Program-made: the position numbers and the translations under genes
Assembly: GCA_000146045.2 (NCBI GenBank)
Contig: BK006942.2
Span: 224,001-288,000 of the forward strand
Origin: TPA_inf: Saccharomyces
Lineage: Eukaryota
DNA length: 64,000 nt
Reading direction: 5' to 3'
Shown here: piece after piece, positions 30,543 to 41,114 of the stretch
How positions within the stretch are numbered: position 1 is the first letter of the stretch
Layout: each line of letters begins with the position of its first letter
Notes under the pieces: model-generated
Seen by the model: only the letters and a program-made list of their open reading frames with translations
The model's database searches: none
Told to the model about the DNA's origin: nothing

Positions 30543-30860
30543 ATGGCCCCGAAGGCTTTTTTTGTCTGTCTTCCTTGGGTCTTACCCCGCCACGCGTTAA
30601 TAGTGAGACAAGCAGGAAATCCGTATCATTTTCTCGCATACACGAACCCGCGTGCGCCTGGTAAATTGCAGGATTCTCATTGTCCGGTTTTCTTTATGGG
30701 AATAATCATCATCACCATTATCACTGTTACTCTTGCGATCATCATCATTAACATAATTTTTTTAACGCTGTTTGATGATGGTATGTGCTTTTATTGTTCC
30801 TTACTCACCTTTTCCTTTGTGTCTTTTAATTTTGACCATTTTGACCATTTTGACCTTTGA
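30543..30860 (+). CDS. YIL054W, 105-aa low-complexity hydrophobic ORF of doubtful coding status
   Basis: ORF is present. It contains ATCATC and TTTTGACCA micro-repeats and a poly-Ile/Thr stretch. Confidence 0.3.
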   Translation: MAPKAFFVCLPWVLPRHALIVRQAGNPYHFLAYTNPRAPGKLQDSHCPVFFMGIIIITIITVTLAIIIINIIFLTLFDDGMCFYCSLLTFSFVSFNFDHFDHFDL

Positions 30861-31114
30861 TGATGTGTGAGTTCCTCTTTTCTTTTTTTCTTTTCTTTTT
30901 TCCTTTTTTTTTCTTTTCTTACTCTGTTAATCACTTTCTTTCCTTTTTGTTCATATTGTCGTCTTGTTCATTTTCGTTCAATTGATAATGTATATAAATC
31001 TTTCGTAAGTATCTCTTGATTGCCATTTTTTTCTTTCCAAGTTTCCTTGTTATGAAACGTTTCAATGTTTTAAAATATATCAGAACAACAAAAGCAAATA
31101 TACAAACCATCGCA

Positions 31115-31867
31115 ATGCCTTTGACCACAAAACCTTTATCTTTGAAAATCAACGCCGCTCTATTCGATGTTGACGGTACCATCATCATCTCTCAACCAGC
31201 CATTGCTGCTTTCTGGAGAGATTTCGGTAAAGACAAGCCTTACTTCGATGCCGAACACGTTATTCACATCTCTCACGGTTGGAGAACTTACGATGCCATT
31301 GCCAAGTTCGCTCCAGACTTTGCTGATGAAGAATACGTTAACAAGCTAGAAGGTGAAATCCCAGAAAAGTACGGTGAACACTCCATCGAAGTTCCAGGTG
31401 CTGTCAAGTTGTGTAATGCTTTGAACGCCTTGCCAAAGGAAAAATGGGCTGTCGCCACCTCTGGTACCCGTGACATGGCCAAGAAATGGTTCGACATTTT
31501 GAAGATCAAGAGACCAGAATACTTCATCACCGCCAATGATGTCAAGCAAGGTAAGCCTCACCCAGAACCATACTTAAAGGGTAGAAACGGTTTGGGTTTC
31601 CCAATTAATGAACAAGACCCATCCAAATCTAAGGTTGTTGTCTTTGAAGACGCACCAGCTGGTATTGCTGCTGGTAAGGCTGCTGGCTGTAAAATCGTTG
31701 GTATTGCTACCACTTTCGATTTGGACTTCTTGAAGGAAAAGGGTTGTGACATCATTGTCAAGAACCACGAATCTATCAGAGTCGGTGAATACAACGCTGA
31801 AACCGATGAAGTCGAATTGATCTTTGATGACTACTTATACGCTAAGGATGACTTGTTGAAATGGTAA
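31115..31867 (+). CDS. RHR2: RHR2/GPP1, glycerol-3-phosphate phosphatase (HAD family; DVDGT motif)
   Basis: ATG at 31115 (MPLTTKPLSLKINAALFDVDGTII) gives 250 aa. The tracked ORF extends 33 codons further upstream in frame. Confidence 0.92.
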   Translation: MPLTTKPLSLKINAALFDVDGTIIISQPAIAAFWRDFGKDKPYFDAEHVIHISHGWRTYDAIAKFAPDFADEEYVNKLEGEIPEKYGEHSIEVPGAVKLCNALNALPKEKWAVATSGTRDMAKKWFDILKIKRPEYFITANDVKQGKPHPEPYLKGRNGLGFPINEQDPSKSKVVVFEDAPAGIAAGKAAGCKIVGIATTFDLDFLKEKGCDIIVKNHESIRVGEYNAETDEVELIFDDYLYAKDDLLKW

Positions 31868-32225
31868 TTTTCTTTTATTTTTTTGATAAAACTACTACGC
31901 TAAAAATAAAATAAAAATGTATGATTTCCCTCCATTTCCGACCAATTGTATAATTTTATATCTGCATGACTTAATAATATAATATAATACTTATAAAATA
32001 CGAATAGAAAAATTTAAACCGATGTAATGCATCCTTTTCTTTGTCGTCTTCGGATGATCTGCCGTGACAGGTGGTTCGCGCAAATCAAGCTGGTTTAGAG
32101 AATTTAACACAGAAATAAAAAAGGAAGATTCAATCTTCGTTTTTGTTTTATATCTTACTATAAAAGTGTTTTTTTTTAGTACGACGAGAAGTTAGAGTAA
32201 TTATAAAAGGAATGCTTATTTAAAT

Positions 32226-33063
32226 TTATTTCTTAGACTTCTTTTCAGACTTCTTAGCAGCCTCAGTTTGTTCCTTAACGACCTTCTTAACAATCTTTTG
32301 TTCTTCAATCAAGAAAGCTCTGACGATTCTTTCCTTGACACAGTTGGCACATCTGGAACCACCGTAAGCTCTGGAAACAGTCTTGTGGGTCTTGGAGACA
32401 GTAGCGTATTGTCTTGGTCTCAAAGTGGAAATACCTTGTAGAGCACTACCACAGTCACCACACTTTGGTCTAGTAGCCAACTTCTTAACGTGTTGGGCAC
32501 GCAAGATACCACCTGGGGTCTTAACAACCTTGATTTTGTTAGAACGGGTGTTGTCTGTACGTAGTAAAGAGAAAATTTTCCCATTAATGTTAGTAATCAC
32601 TTCTTTATTATCCTATGATTTAAGAACTTGAGTGGGATTGCTCCATATGAAAAGTATTTCGGCGTTGCTGAATGAATATTATCTCATTTCAATCTTTCAA
32701 CAGCGGAGAAAAATTCATTTTCCATTTGGGTCGACCAAGGTCTTCCACTTAGAAACTGAAGTCAACTTATTGCTGTCCACATTACTGGATACTGTTCGTT
32801 CATGCTGTCTAATGTTTTAATGTCATGCCAATATATTTGAAAGTTCTTGCATAGTTGATTCCCCTATCGATGATCTGGTTCTTCCTATTTCTAAGTGGTA
32901 CGCTTCTCTAAATAGCACTCGTTCGCCTTTTAACCTCATTTTCCCACAATGAAAGTTCAAAATAAGTTCATAATAAGTTCATAATAAGTTTTCATGAAAA
33001 CTCAAAAAAATAGTTCAGTAACATACATGGATTTCTTCTTCTGAAAGTAACACGTTGAGCCAT
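32226..33063 (-). CDS. RPL34B: RPL34B, ribosomal protein L34. Spliced as complement(join(32226..32554, 33027..33063)). Exon 1 is 37 nt. The intron spans 32555..33026 (472 nt): GTATGT at 33026-33021, TACTAAC at 32595-32589, and a CAG acceptor.
   Basis: Exon 1 is ATGGCTCAACGTGTTACTTTCAGAAGAAGAAATCCAT followed by GTATGT. Exon 2 reads (Y)NTRSNKIKVVKTPGG...KKSKK. Total is 366 nt, giving 121 aa. Confidence 0.93.
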
Positions 33064-33504
33064 TTTTAGGGTTGTTCGTTGCTAATCTATTCTCAGTTTC
33101 AATCAAAGTAAATTGAATCAAAAGAATATAACAAGTGCCAAATACTATGTACTACCCGTTATTTACTACTTACAACTAATAAGTTCATCAACTTTTACGT
33201 AGAATGCTATTGAAACATTCCAAACTTACCCACCAGCTGCGATGAAACGGCTCCTGAGAGCCCGTTACCATACCGTCTGAACGGGTGCTGGGGCCACTGA
33301 CAGGAAGAGGAAGAGTTAGAATTGTTACTGGCTCCTCCCCCAGGCGTCAATTCCATCTCCTCCCAGAAGGACGGTCTCTCTGCCCAAAGGAATGAACTTT
33401 CATGGGAAGGGACAAATGAAGCGGACTATTGTCGGAAGCGGGACCTCCGAAAGCAAATGAAAGTAAAAATTCAAAAATTCAAAAAAAAAAAAGCTGAAAG
33501 GAAA

Positions 33505-33517
33505 ACACCCAAACAAC
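33505..33517. promoter_or_regulatory. Rap1-like site ACACCCAAACAAC about 450 bp upstream of RPL34B
   Basis: Matches 10 of 13 positions of ACACCCAYACAYY, in a ribosomal-protein-gene promoter context. Confidence 0.35.
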
Positions 33518-33842
33518 ACACGGTATGTGACGACATCTGTACACCGCAAAGTTGTGACGAAAACACAGTCACAGTTTTTTAGAATTTATGATTAGAGTGT
33601 TCAAGAAAATAAGTTCCAACACGTAATAGGTTTCTACCCCTGTCTTGTAACATTGATACAAGTAGAGGGAAACTCCCCTCACATTTTCTACAACGGCAAG
33701 AAACTGATTCTGAAACTCCGTAAATTCGTTTCTTTTCTTAGTTAAAATCTTATATACGCTAAAGAATGCTACTAAAATGTTTATAAATGTACACTCCTCG
33801 GTATCGCAAGTGGAAAAAAGGCAGTAAAGAAGTTTCAATCCT

Positions 33843-34280
33843 TCAATTCTTTTCAACAGCGATAACTTCCATTTCTAAATCAACATTCAAAGGTAAGGAA
33901 GCAACACCAACACAGGATCTTGCAGGCTTATGGGTGTGGAAGTGTTTGGCGTATACAGAGTTGAATTCGGCAAAGTTTTTCATGTCAGCCAAGAATACGT
34001 TGACTTTGACTATATTGTCTAAAGAAGAATTACTTTCTGCTAAGATATTCTTAACGTTTTGAAAAACTTGTTCGGCCTTCTCAGAGATAGAACCTTGAAC
34101 AGGCTTGTTATCTGGAGTATAAGGGATTTGACCAGACACGTACACAAAATTGTTGGCCTTCATAGCTTGGGAGTAAGAGGCGGCAGCGGGTGGGGCCAAC
34201 TTGGTGCTGACCGGGGTCAATGTTGTTATACCCCTCCTCAAGACTGGAGCTGTTCTCAAAACGGAATTTCTTAAAAACAT
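33843..34280 (-). CDS. MMF1: MMF1, mitochondrial RidA/YjgF-family protein
   Basis: 145-aa ORF with ATG verified. Confidence 0.92.
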   Translation of the reverse strand: MFLRNSVLRTAPVLRRGITTLTPVSTKLAPPAAASYSQAMKANNFVYVSGQIPYTPDNKPVQGSISEKAEQVFQNVKNILAESNSSLDNIVKVNVFLADMKNFAEFNSVYAKHFHTHKPARSCVGVASLPLNVDLEMEVIAVEKN

Positions 34281-34912
34281 TATTGGTAATATATTTGTGT
34301 GTATGTGTTGTCCTTTTTACCTGTAAATCTCACACAATTTACTAGCTAACCTAATTCTTATGCATGTGTAAGACCCATTTAGTCATATGTATTTATATAT
34401 ATCAGGGGATCCATACGGTGTGTTTTTCGCTGGATGAGCGACAGAGGCGGAATCGCATCTCCGCAAATGAGAGCGTACACAGGAGCAAAGTGAATAACGT
34501 CCTTCAATGATAGAGACTTATCCAATAAGCAGCACTGGTCTTCTAAGATCACCGCCTGTGCACTTTTCTACGGGCTCTTTTAATTGTATAACATGGACAG
34601 TGATCATTGCATTTTGCATCCATAGGCATACTATGGCTTAAGGTATTACTATCTATCGCGCCTAATCTCTGGGAGTTTTGAGGCCGGTTTCGGAATCTCG
34701 GTATCTTGCGATGGGTCCAAAACGGTGTAAACAAAGCAGGGGATAGCAGCGCAGGCTTCAACATCTCAAACCTTTATATATACAAAAAGTATATCTATAT
34801 ATTCATCTACGGTTCTTAAAATAGTACAACAAAAGTTAACAGACATTAATTACTGTAATCAGACTAAAGCAAACCGAGCTAGAACGAACGACTGCTTACA
34901 CTAGAGAAAAAT

Positions 34913-35770
34913 ATGGAGCTAAGTTCACCATCAAAAAAAACCACAACATCGCCAATAAATATACCAGGGGGGAATAGAGATAACCTAATAATCGGACCAC
35001 ATTCTCACAGCTTCAAGACCGATCCATTTTCAAGTAACAATAGTAGTTTGCTGTCCAAAATATCTACTAACCCCAGTTTGGAAAGCCCTTTCTCTTCGAA
35101 ATCTTTACTAGATTGTTCTCCTGTACAAGCTGTAAAGAAGTCTTTAGAGTCGGAAGCAAAAACGCATAGCCTGGACGAGGAGACAAATGAACAGACTGAT
35201 GTAAAGATCTTAAACATAGCAGACTTTCCCACAGATGAACTCATACTAATGATAAGTGCGCTACTCAACAGAATTATAACAGCAAACGATGAAACTACAG
35301 ATGTCTCACAACAAGTGTCGGATGAGACCGAAGACGAACTCTTAACTCCAATCCTTGCTTTCTATGGAAAGAATGTTCCAGAGATAGCTGTTGTTCAGTA
35401 CTTAGAGAGAATTCAAAAGTACTGTCCCACCACAAATGATATTTTTCTTTCTCTCCTTGTATATTTCGATAGAATCTCCAAAAATTATGGGCATTCTTCT
35501 GAGCGTAATGGTTGCGCAAAGCAATTATTCGTCATGGACTCCGGGAACATTCATAGATTGCTCATAACAGGTGTCACAATTTGCACGAAGTTCTTGAGTG
35601 ATTTTTTTTACAGTAACTCTCGATACGCCAAGGTTGGAGGTATTTCTTTGCAAGAGTTAAACCATTTAGAATTACAATTCCTGATACTATGTGATTTCAA
35701 GTTATTGGTTTCAGTCGAAGAAATGCAGAAATATGCAAACTTGTTATATAAATTCTGGAACGACCAGTAG
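34913..35770 (+). CDS. PCL7: PCL7, Pho85 cyclin
   Basis: 285-aa ORF with ATG verified. Confidence 0.9.
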   Translation: MELSSPSKKTTTSPINIPGGNRDNLIIGPHSHSFKTDPFSSNNSSLLSKISTNPSLESPFSSKSLLDCSPVQAVKKSLESEAKTHSLDEETNEQTDVKILNIADFPTDELILMISALLNRIITANDETTDVSQQVSDETEDELLTPILAFYGKNVPEIAVVQYLERIQKYCPTTNDIFLSLLVYFDRISKNYGHSSERNGCAKQLFVMDSGNIHRLLITGVTICTKFLSDFFYSNSRYAKVGGISLQELNHLELQFLILCDFKLLVSVEEMQKYANLLYKFWNDQ

Positions 35771-36157
35771 AATGCTGTCCTGCATATTATTCATGCCCTT
35801 CCCTTACCGTTACTCGTATTATACATATCAATTTCTGATTTACGTAACGCGTACATATCGGTTATATTTAAATAATTTAATATTCCTTTTAAATCAGTGG
35901 TTTTTCATATTAGTAGCATTTCTCCTGAAATGATAGCTATTGCAATAGAATGAAAAAAAAAACTTTTTGCCCAAATAAATCATAATCTACCGGTAAAGAG
36001 AAATTCGGTCCTTGTTCTATTCAGTATTATGCTTTCTCTTTTTTTTCCAAAATGAGAATTAAGGACGTTTCGAAAAAGTAAAAATATACCAAATGTGGAA
36101 TATAAATAGGTTTATCGGCGGACCGATCTGGCTTAAAACGTAGAATCTACCAGTCCA

Positions 36158-36919
36158 ATGTACTTTGATGAAGAACAATTGCTAAAATATACTATATATG
36201 CCTATAGATTATCCTTTTTTGTAGGCATTTGCTCACTTTTCATAGCAAAAAGTTGTCTACCAGAATTTCTTCAATATGGTAAAACCTACCGGCCCAAAGA
36301 GAATTCAAAGTACTCAAGCATTTTAGAACGAATCAAGAAGTTCACAGTTCCAAAGGCGTATTTTTCCCATTTTTACTATTTGGCTACCTTTCTATCCTTA
36401 GTCACCTTATATTTCTATCCTAAATTCCCCATCGTTTGGATCATATTTGGACACTCATTGCGCCGACTTTATGAAACGCTTTATGTACTACATTATACAA
36501 GCAATTCTAGGATGAATTGGTCCCATTATCTAGTCGGTATATGGTTCTATTCCGTACTCTTGTTAATTCTTAATATATCACTGTACAAGAACTCCATTCC
36601 AAATACGTTAAACATGAATGCTTTCATCATATTCTGCATAGCATCTTGGGATCAGTACAAAAATCATGTTATTCTGGCCAATCTGGTTAAATATTCGCTG
36701 CCAACAGGAAGGCTTTTCAGGTTGGTATGCTGTCCTCATTATCTCGATGAAATAATCATTTATTCTACTCTGTTGCCCTATGAACAAGAATTTTACCTAA
36801 CACTAGTTTGGGTAATCACAAGTTTGACTATATCCGCATTGGAAACAAAAAATTATTACAGGCACAAATTTAAAGACAATCACGTAGCCCCCTACGCCAT
36901 AATACCTTTTATAATCTAG
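36158..36919 (+). CDS. DFG10: DFG10, polyprenol reductase (steroid 5-alpha-reductase family), multi-TM
   Basis: 253-aa ORF with ATG verified. Confidence 0.9.
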   Translation: MYFDEEQLLKYTIYAYRLSFFVGICSLFIAKSCLPEFLQYGKTYRPKENSKYSSILERIKKFTVPKAYFSHFYYLATFLSLVTLYFYPKFPIVWIIFGHSLRRLYETLYVLHYTSNSRMNWSHYLVGIWFYSVLLLILNISLYKNSIPNTLNMNAFIIFCIASWDQYKNHVILANLVKYSLPTGRLFRLVCCPHYLDEIIIYSTLLPYEQEFYLTLVWVITSLTISALETKNYYRHKFKDNHVAPYAIIPFII

Positions 36920-37436
36920 TAATGTGCACACTAGGGCATTCATATACATATATATATAGACGCGGTAAAGAACCACTTTACTTTCACTATTATCACTTTA
37001 CCACTAATTAGACAGCAAAGGCTCGTATACGTGTCATTAAAAACGAAGGTAAGGCCATACCTTTTTGAGGCAGTTGGAAAGAGTAAATACTGGCACAGTG
37101 GCTAAGACCTATCACTGCCAAACAAAAGGTTAGACATCTTGGGAATTTCGGACACATTCGTTACTTAAAACGAGGACCAAAATTACTCAATACCTATTTT
37201 TTATTTAATATTTTAGGCATTGTTTCACCTGAATTTGCTGCTATTAGAAGCCTGATCTACGCAATAAAAGATTTCATCTGGATTTTTGAAGCTTATACAG
37301 TACTCAACAATCAGCTTATTAACAGCAATATACCGTTAAGCAATTGAGAAAAAGTAACAATCAGAGCACTTGTGTGGCATAACGTTAATCTGAAAAAGAA
37401 AGGGGTATCAGTGTGCACGGAAAACTTCAGAGACAA

Positions 37437-40400
37437 ATGCCTAACCCTCCTTCATTTAAGTCACATAAGCAGAATTTATTCAACTCCAACAATAATCAAC
37501 ACGCAAACAGTGTAGATTCTTTTGACTTACATCTCGACGATTCATTTGACGCTGCTTTAGACAGTTTACAAATTAATAATAACCCAGAACCACTTAGTAA
37601 GCATAACACTGTTGGAGATAGGGAAAGTTTTGAAATGAGAACAGTAGATGATTTAGACAATTTTTCTAACCATTCTTCGGATTCGCATCGTAAGTCTTCA
37701 AACACAGATACCCATCCTTTGATGTATGATAATCGCCTCTCGCAGGATGATAATTTCAAATTTACTAATATTGCTTCGTCACCACCGTCGTCTTCAAACA
37801 ATATTTTTTCAAAAGCCCTCTCATATTTAAAAGTATCTAACACAAAAAACTGGTCCAAGTTTGGTTCACCCATAGAACTCAGTGATCAACACATCGAAAG
37901 AGAAATACATCCAGACACGACTCCTGTGTACGATAGGAATAGATACGTTTCGAATGAACTATCTAATGCCAAATATAATGCCGTTACTTTTGTGCCAACC
38001 CTATTATATGAACAGTTCAAATTCTTTTACAATTTATACTTTTTAGTAGTTGCATTATCGCAGGCCGTTCCTGCACTAAGAATAGGGTATTTATCATCGT
38101 ATATTGTACCTTTAGCATTTGTGCTGACAGTAACCATGGCAAAGGAAGCTATAGATGATATTCAGAGAAGGAGACGTGATAGAGAGTCAAACAATGAACT
38201 GTATCATGTAATAACGAGAAATCGTTCCATACCAAGCAAAGACTTAAAAGTTGGAGATCTCATAAAAGTCCATAAAGGTGATCGTATTCCCGCTGATTTG
38301 GTTCTTTTACAATCAAGTGAACCATCAGGCGAGTCATTTATCAAAACTGACCAACTAGATGGGGAGACTGACTGGAAACTACGTGTTGCCTGTCCCTTGA
38401 CCCAAAATCTATCTGAAAATGACTTAATTAACAGAATTAGTATAACAGCCTCTGCTCCTGAGAAATCTATTCATAAATTTTTAGGTAAAGTTACCTATAA
38501 GGATTCCACTTCAAACCCTTTGTCTGTAGATAATACTCTATGGGCGAATACTGTTCTAGCTTCCAGTGGATTTTGTATTGCTTGTGTCGTCTACACTGGC
38601 AGAGATACTAGGCAAGCTATGAATACAACTACAGCTAAGGTTAAAACTGGCTTATTAGAGCTAGAAATTAACAGTATTTCCAAGATTCTTTGTGCATGTG
38701 TTTTTGCCCTGTCAATTCTTTTAGTTGCATTTGCCGGTTTCCACAATGACGACTGGTACATTGACATTTTGAGGTATCTGATATTGTTTTCTACCATCAT
38801 CCCTGTCTCTTTAAGAGTTAATTTAGATTTAGCCAAAAGTGTTTATGCACATCAGATCGAACACGATAAAACCATTCCTGAAACAATTGTTAGAACGAGT
38901 ACAATTCCAGAGGATTTAGGCCGTATTGAATACCTTCTAAGCGACAAAACAGGGACGCTTACTCAGAATGATATGCAATTGAAGAAAATACACTTGGGTA
39001 CTGTATCATACACGTCGGAAACATTAGACATTGTATCCGACTATGTACAATCTCTGGTGAGCTCTAAAAATGACTCTTTGAACAATTCTAAAGTTGCCTT
39101 ATCAACAACAAGAAAGGATATGTCTTTTCGTGTACGTGATATGATTTTAACTCTAGCAATTTGCCATAACGTTACTCCCACTTTTGAGGATGACGAACTT
39201 ACATATCAAGCGGCATCACCTGATGAAATTGCTATTGTTAAATTTACCGAGTCGGTTGGCTTATCTCTTTTCAAAAGAGATCGCCATTCAATTTCTTTAT
39301 TACACGAACATTCTGGTAAGACTTTAAATTACGAAATTTTACAAGTATTCCCATTTAATTCTGATTCTAAGCGTATGGGTATCATTGTTCGTGATGAGCA
39401 ATTGGATGAATATTGGTTTATGCAAAAAGGGGCCGATACTGTCATGTCAAAAATTGTGGAAAGCAATGATTGGCTAGAGGAAGAAACAGGTAATATGGCT
39501 CGTGAAGGTCTACGTACTTTGGTTATCGGTCGTAAAAAATTAAACAAGAAAATTTACGAGCAATTTCAAAAAGAATACAACGATGCCTCTTTGTCAATGC
39601 TAAATCGTGATCAACAGATGAGTCAAGTTATCACCAAGTATTTAGAGCATGATCTTGAATTATTGGGTCTAACTGGTGTAGAAGATAAGTTACAGAAGGA
39701 TGTGAAGTCCTCTATCGAGTTATTAAGAAACGCAGGTATCAAGATTTGGATGCTGACAGGTGATAAAGTTGAAACTGCTCGTTGTGTTTCCATAAGTGCA
39801 AAATTAATATCTCGTGGCCAATATGTTCATACGATAACAAAAGTCACAAGACCGGAAGGTGCATTCAATCAGCTGGAGTATCTAAAAATCAATAGAAATG
39901 CTTGTCTTTTAATAGATGGTGAATCCCTGGGAATGTTTTTGAAACATTACGAACAGGAATTTTTTGATGTCGTGGTTCATTTACCCACTGTTATTGCTTG
40001 CCGTTGTACACCTCAACAGAAGGCAGACGTTGCTTTGGTAATTCGTAAAATGACGGGCAAAAGGGTATGCTGTATTGGTGATGGAGGTAACGATGTTAGT
40101 ATGATTCAATGTGCAGATGTTGGCGTAGGGATTGTGGGTAAAGAAGGTAAACAAGCTTCTTTAGCTGCTGATTTTTCTATAACGCAATTTTGTCACCTCA
40201 CCGAATTACTATTATGGCATGGTAGGAACTCTTACAAAAGATCTGCTAAATTGGCTCAATTTGTCATGCATAGAGGTTTAATCATTGCAATTTGCCAAGC
40301 GGTATATTCCATCTGTTCGTTGTTCGAACCTATTGCTCTTTATCAAGGTTGGTTAATGGTCGGTTATGCTACCTGCTATACAATGGCTCCAGTCTTTTCA

Positions 40401-40892
40401 TTAACTCTTGATCACGATATCGAAGAGTCATTGACTAAAATATACCCAGAATTGTACAAAGAATTGACTGAAGGTAAGAGCTTATCATATAAGACGTTCT
40501 TTGTTTGGGTTCTATTATCGCTATTCCAAGGTTCTGTAATTCAATTATTTTCTCAGGCCTTTACGAGTTTATTAGATACTGATTTCACAAGGATGGTTGC
40601 TATCAGCTTCACTGCTTTGGTTGTAAATGAATTAATAATGGTTGCCTTAGAAATCTACACATGGAATAAAACAATGCTCGTCACTGAAATTGCTACTTTA
40701 CTATTTTACATTGTATCGGTTCCATTTCTTGGCGATTATTTTGATTTAGGTTATATGACTACCGTAAATTACTATGCTGGACTTTTAGTTATATTACTCA
40801 TCTCGATCTTTCCTGTCTGGACGGCAAAGGCAATTTATAGAAGGCTACATCCTCCAAGTTATGCAAAAGTGCAAGAGTTTGCCACTCCATAA
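37437..40892 (+). CDS. NEO1: NEO1, P4-type ATPase (phospholipid flippase) with DKTGTLT and GDGGNDV motifs
   Basis: ATG at 37437 gives 1151 aa. The 1159-aa tracked ORF begins at a GTG at 37413. Confidence 0.93.
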   Translation: MPNPPSFKSHKQNLFNSNNNQHANSVDSFDLHLDDSFDAALDSLQINNNPEPLSKHNTVGDRESFEMRTVDDLDNFSNHSSDSHRKSSNTDTHPLMYDNRLSQDDNFKFTNIASSPPSSSNNIFSKALSYLKVSNTKNWSKFGSPIELSDQHIEREIHPDTTPVYDRNRYVSNELSNAKYNAVTFVPTLLYEQFKFFYNLYFLVVALSQAVPALRIGYLSSYIVPLAFVLTVTMAKEAIDDIQRRRRDRESNNELYHVITRNRSIPSKDLKVGDLIKVHKGDRIPADLVLLQSSEPSGESFIKTDQLDGETDWKLRVACPLTQNLSENDLINRISITASAPEKSIHKFLGKVTYKDSTSNPLSVDNTLWANTVLASSGFCIACVVYTGRDTRQAMNTTTAKVKTGLLELEINSISKILCACVFALSILLVAFAGFHNDDWYIDILRYLILFSTIIPVSLRVNLDLAKSVYAHQIEHDKTIPETIVRTSTIPEDLGRIEYLLSDKTGTLTQNDMQLKKIHLGTVSYTSETLDIVSDYVQSLVSSKNDSLNNSKVALSTTRKDMSFRVRDMILTLAICHNVTPTFEDDELTYQAASPDEIAIVKFTESVGLSLFKRDRHSISLLHEHSGKTLNYEILQVFPFNSDSKRMGIIVRDEQLDEYWFMQKGADTVMSKIVESNDWLEEETGNMAREGLRTLVIGRKKLNKKIYEQFQKEYNDASLSMLNRDQQMSQVITKYLEHDLELLGLTGVEDKLQKDVKSSIELLRNAGIKIWMLTGDKVETARCVSISAKLISRGQYVHTITKVTRPEGAFNQLEYLKINRNACLLIDGESLGMFLKHYEQEFFDVVVHLPTVIACRCTPQQKADVALVIRKMTGKRVCCIGDGGNDVSMIQCADVGVGIVGKEGKQASLAADFSITQFCHLTELLLWHGRNSYKRSAKLAQFVMHRGLIIAICQAVYSICSLFEPIALYQGWLMVGYATCYTMAPVFSLTLDHDIEESLTKIYPELYKELTEGKSLSYKTFFVWVLLSLFQGSVIQLFSQAFTSLLDTDFTRMVAISFTALVVNELIMVALEIYTWNKTMLVTEIATLLFYIVSVPFLGDYFDLGYMTTVNYYAGLLVILLISIFPVWTAKAIYRRLHPPSYAKVQEFATP

Positions 40893-41114
40893 TTCAATTG
40901 GTTTGGATTTTTCTTGTTGCTTCAACGGATTATCTTAAAAAAATCTATCATATTTCAAAATATAAATTCTTATTTTTACAAAGAAGATATAGATTATGCA
41001 TAATATTATTTTGTTACATTTTTTTTCTTTTACTTTTTATTTTCTTTTCTTTGTACTTCCTCAAATAAGCATCTTTAGCAGGTTAACAATAGCAAATATC
41101 ATGTCCAGCCCAAA

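Noticed and set aside
33243-33264. Imperfect inverted repeat AACGGCTCctgagaGCCCGTT upstream of RPL34B
   Set aside because: The stem is imperfect and there is no supporting context. Possibly just a transcription-factor half-site arrangement.
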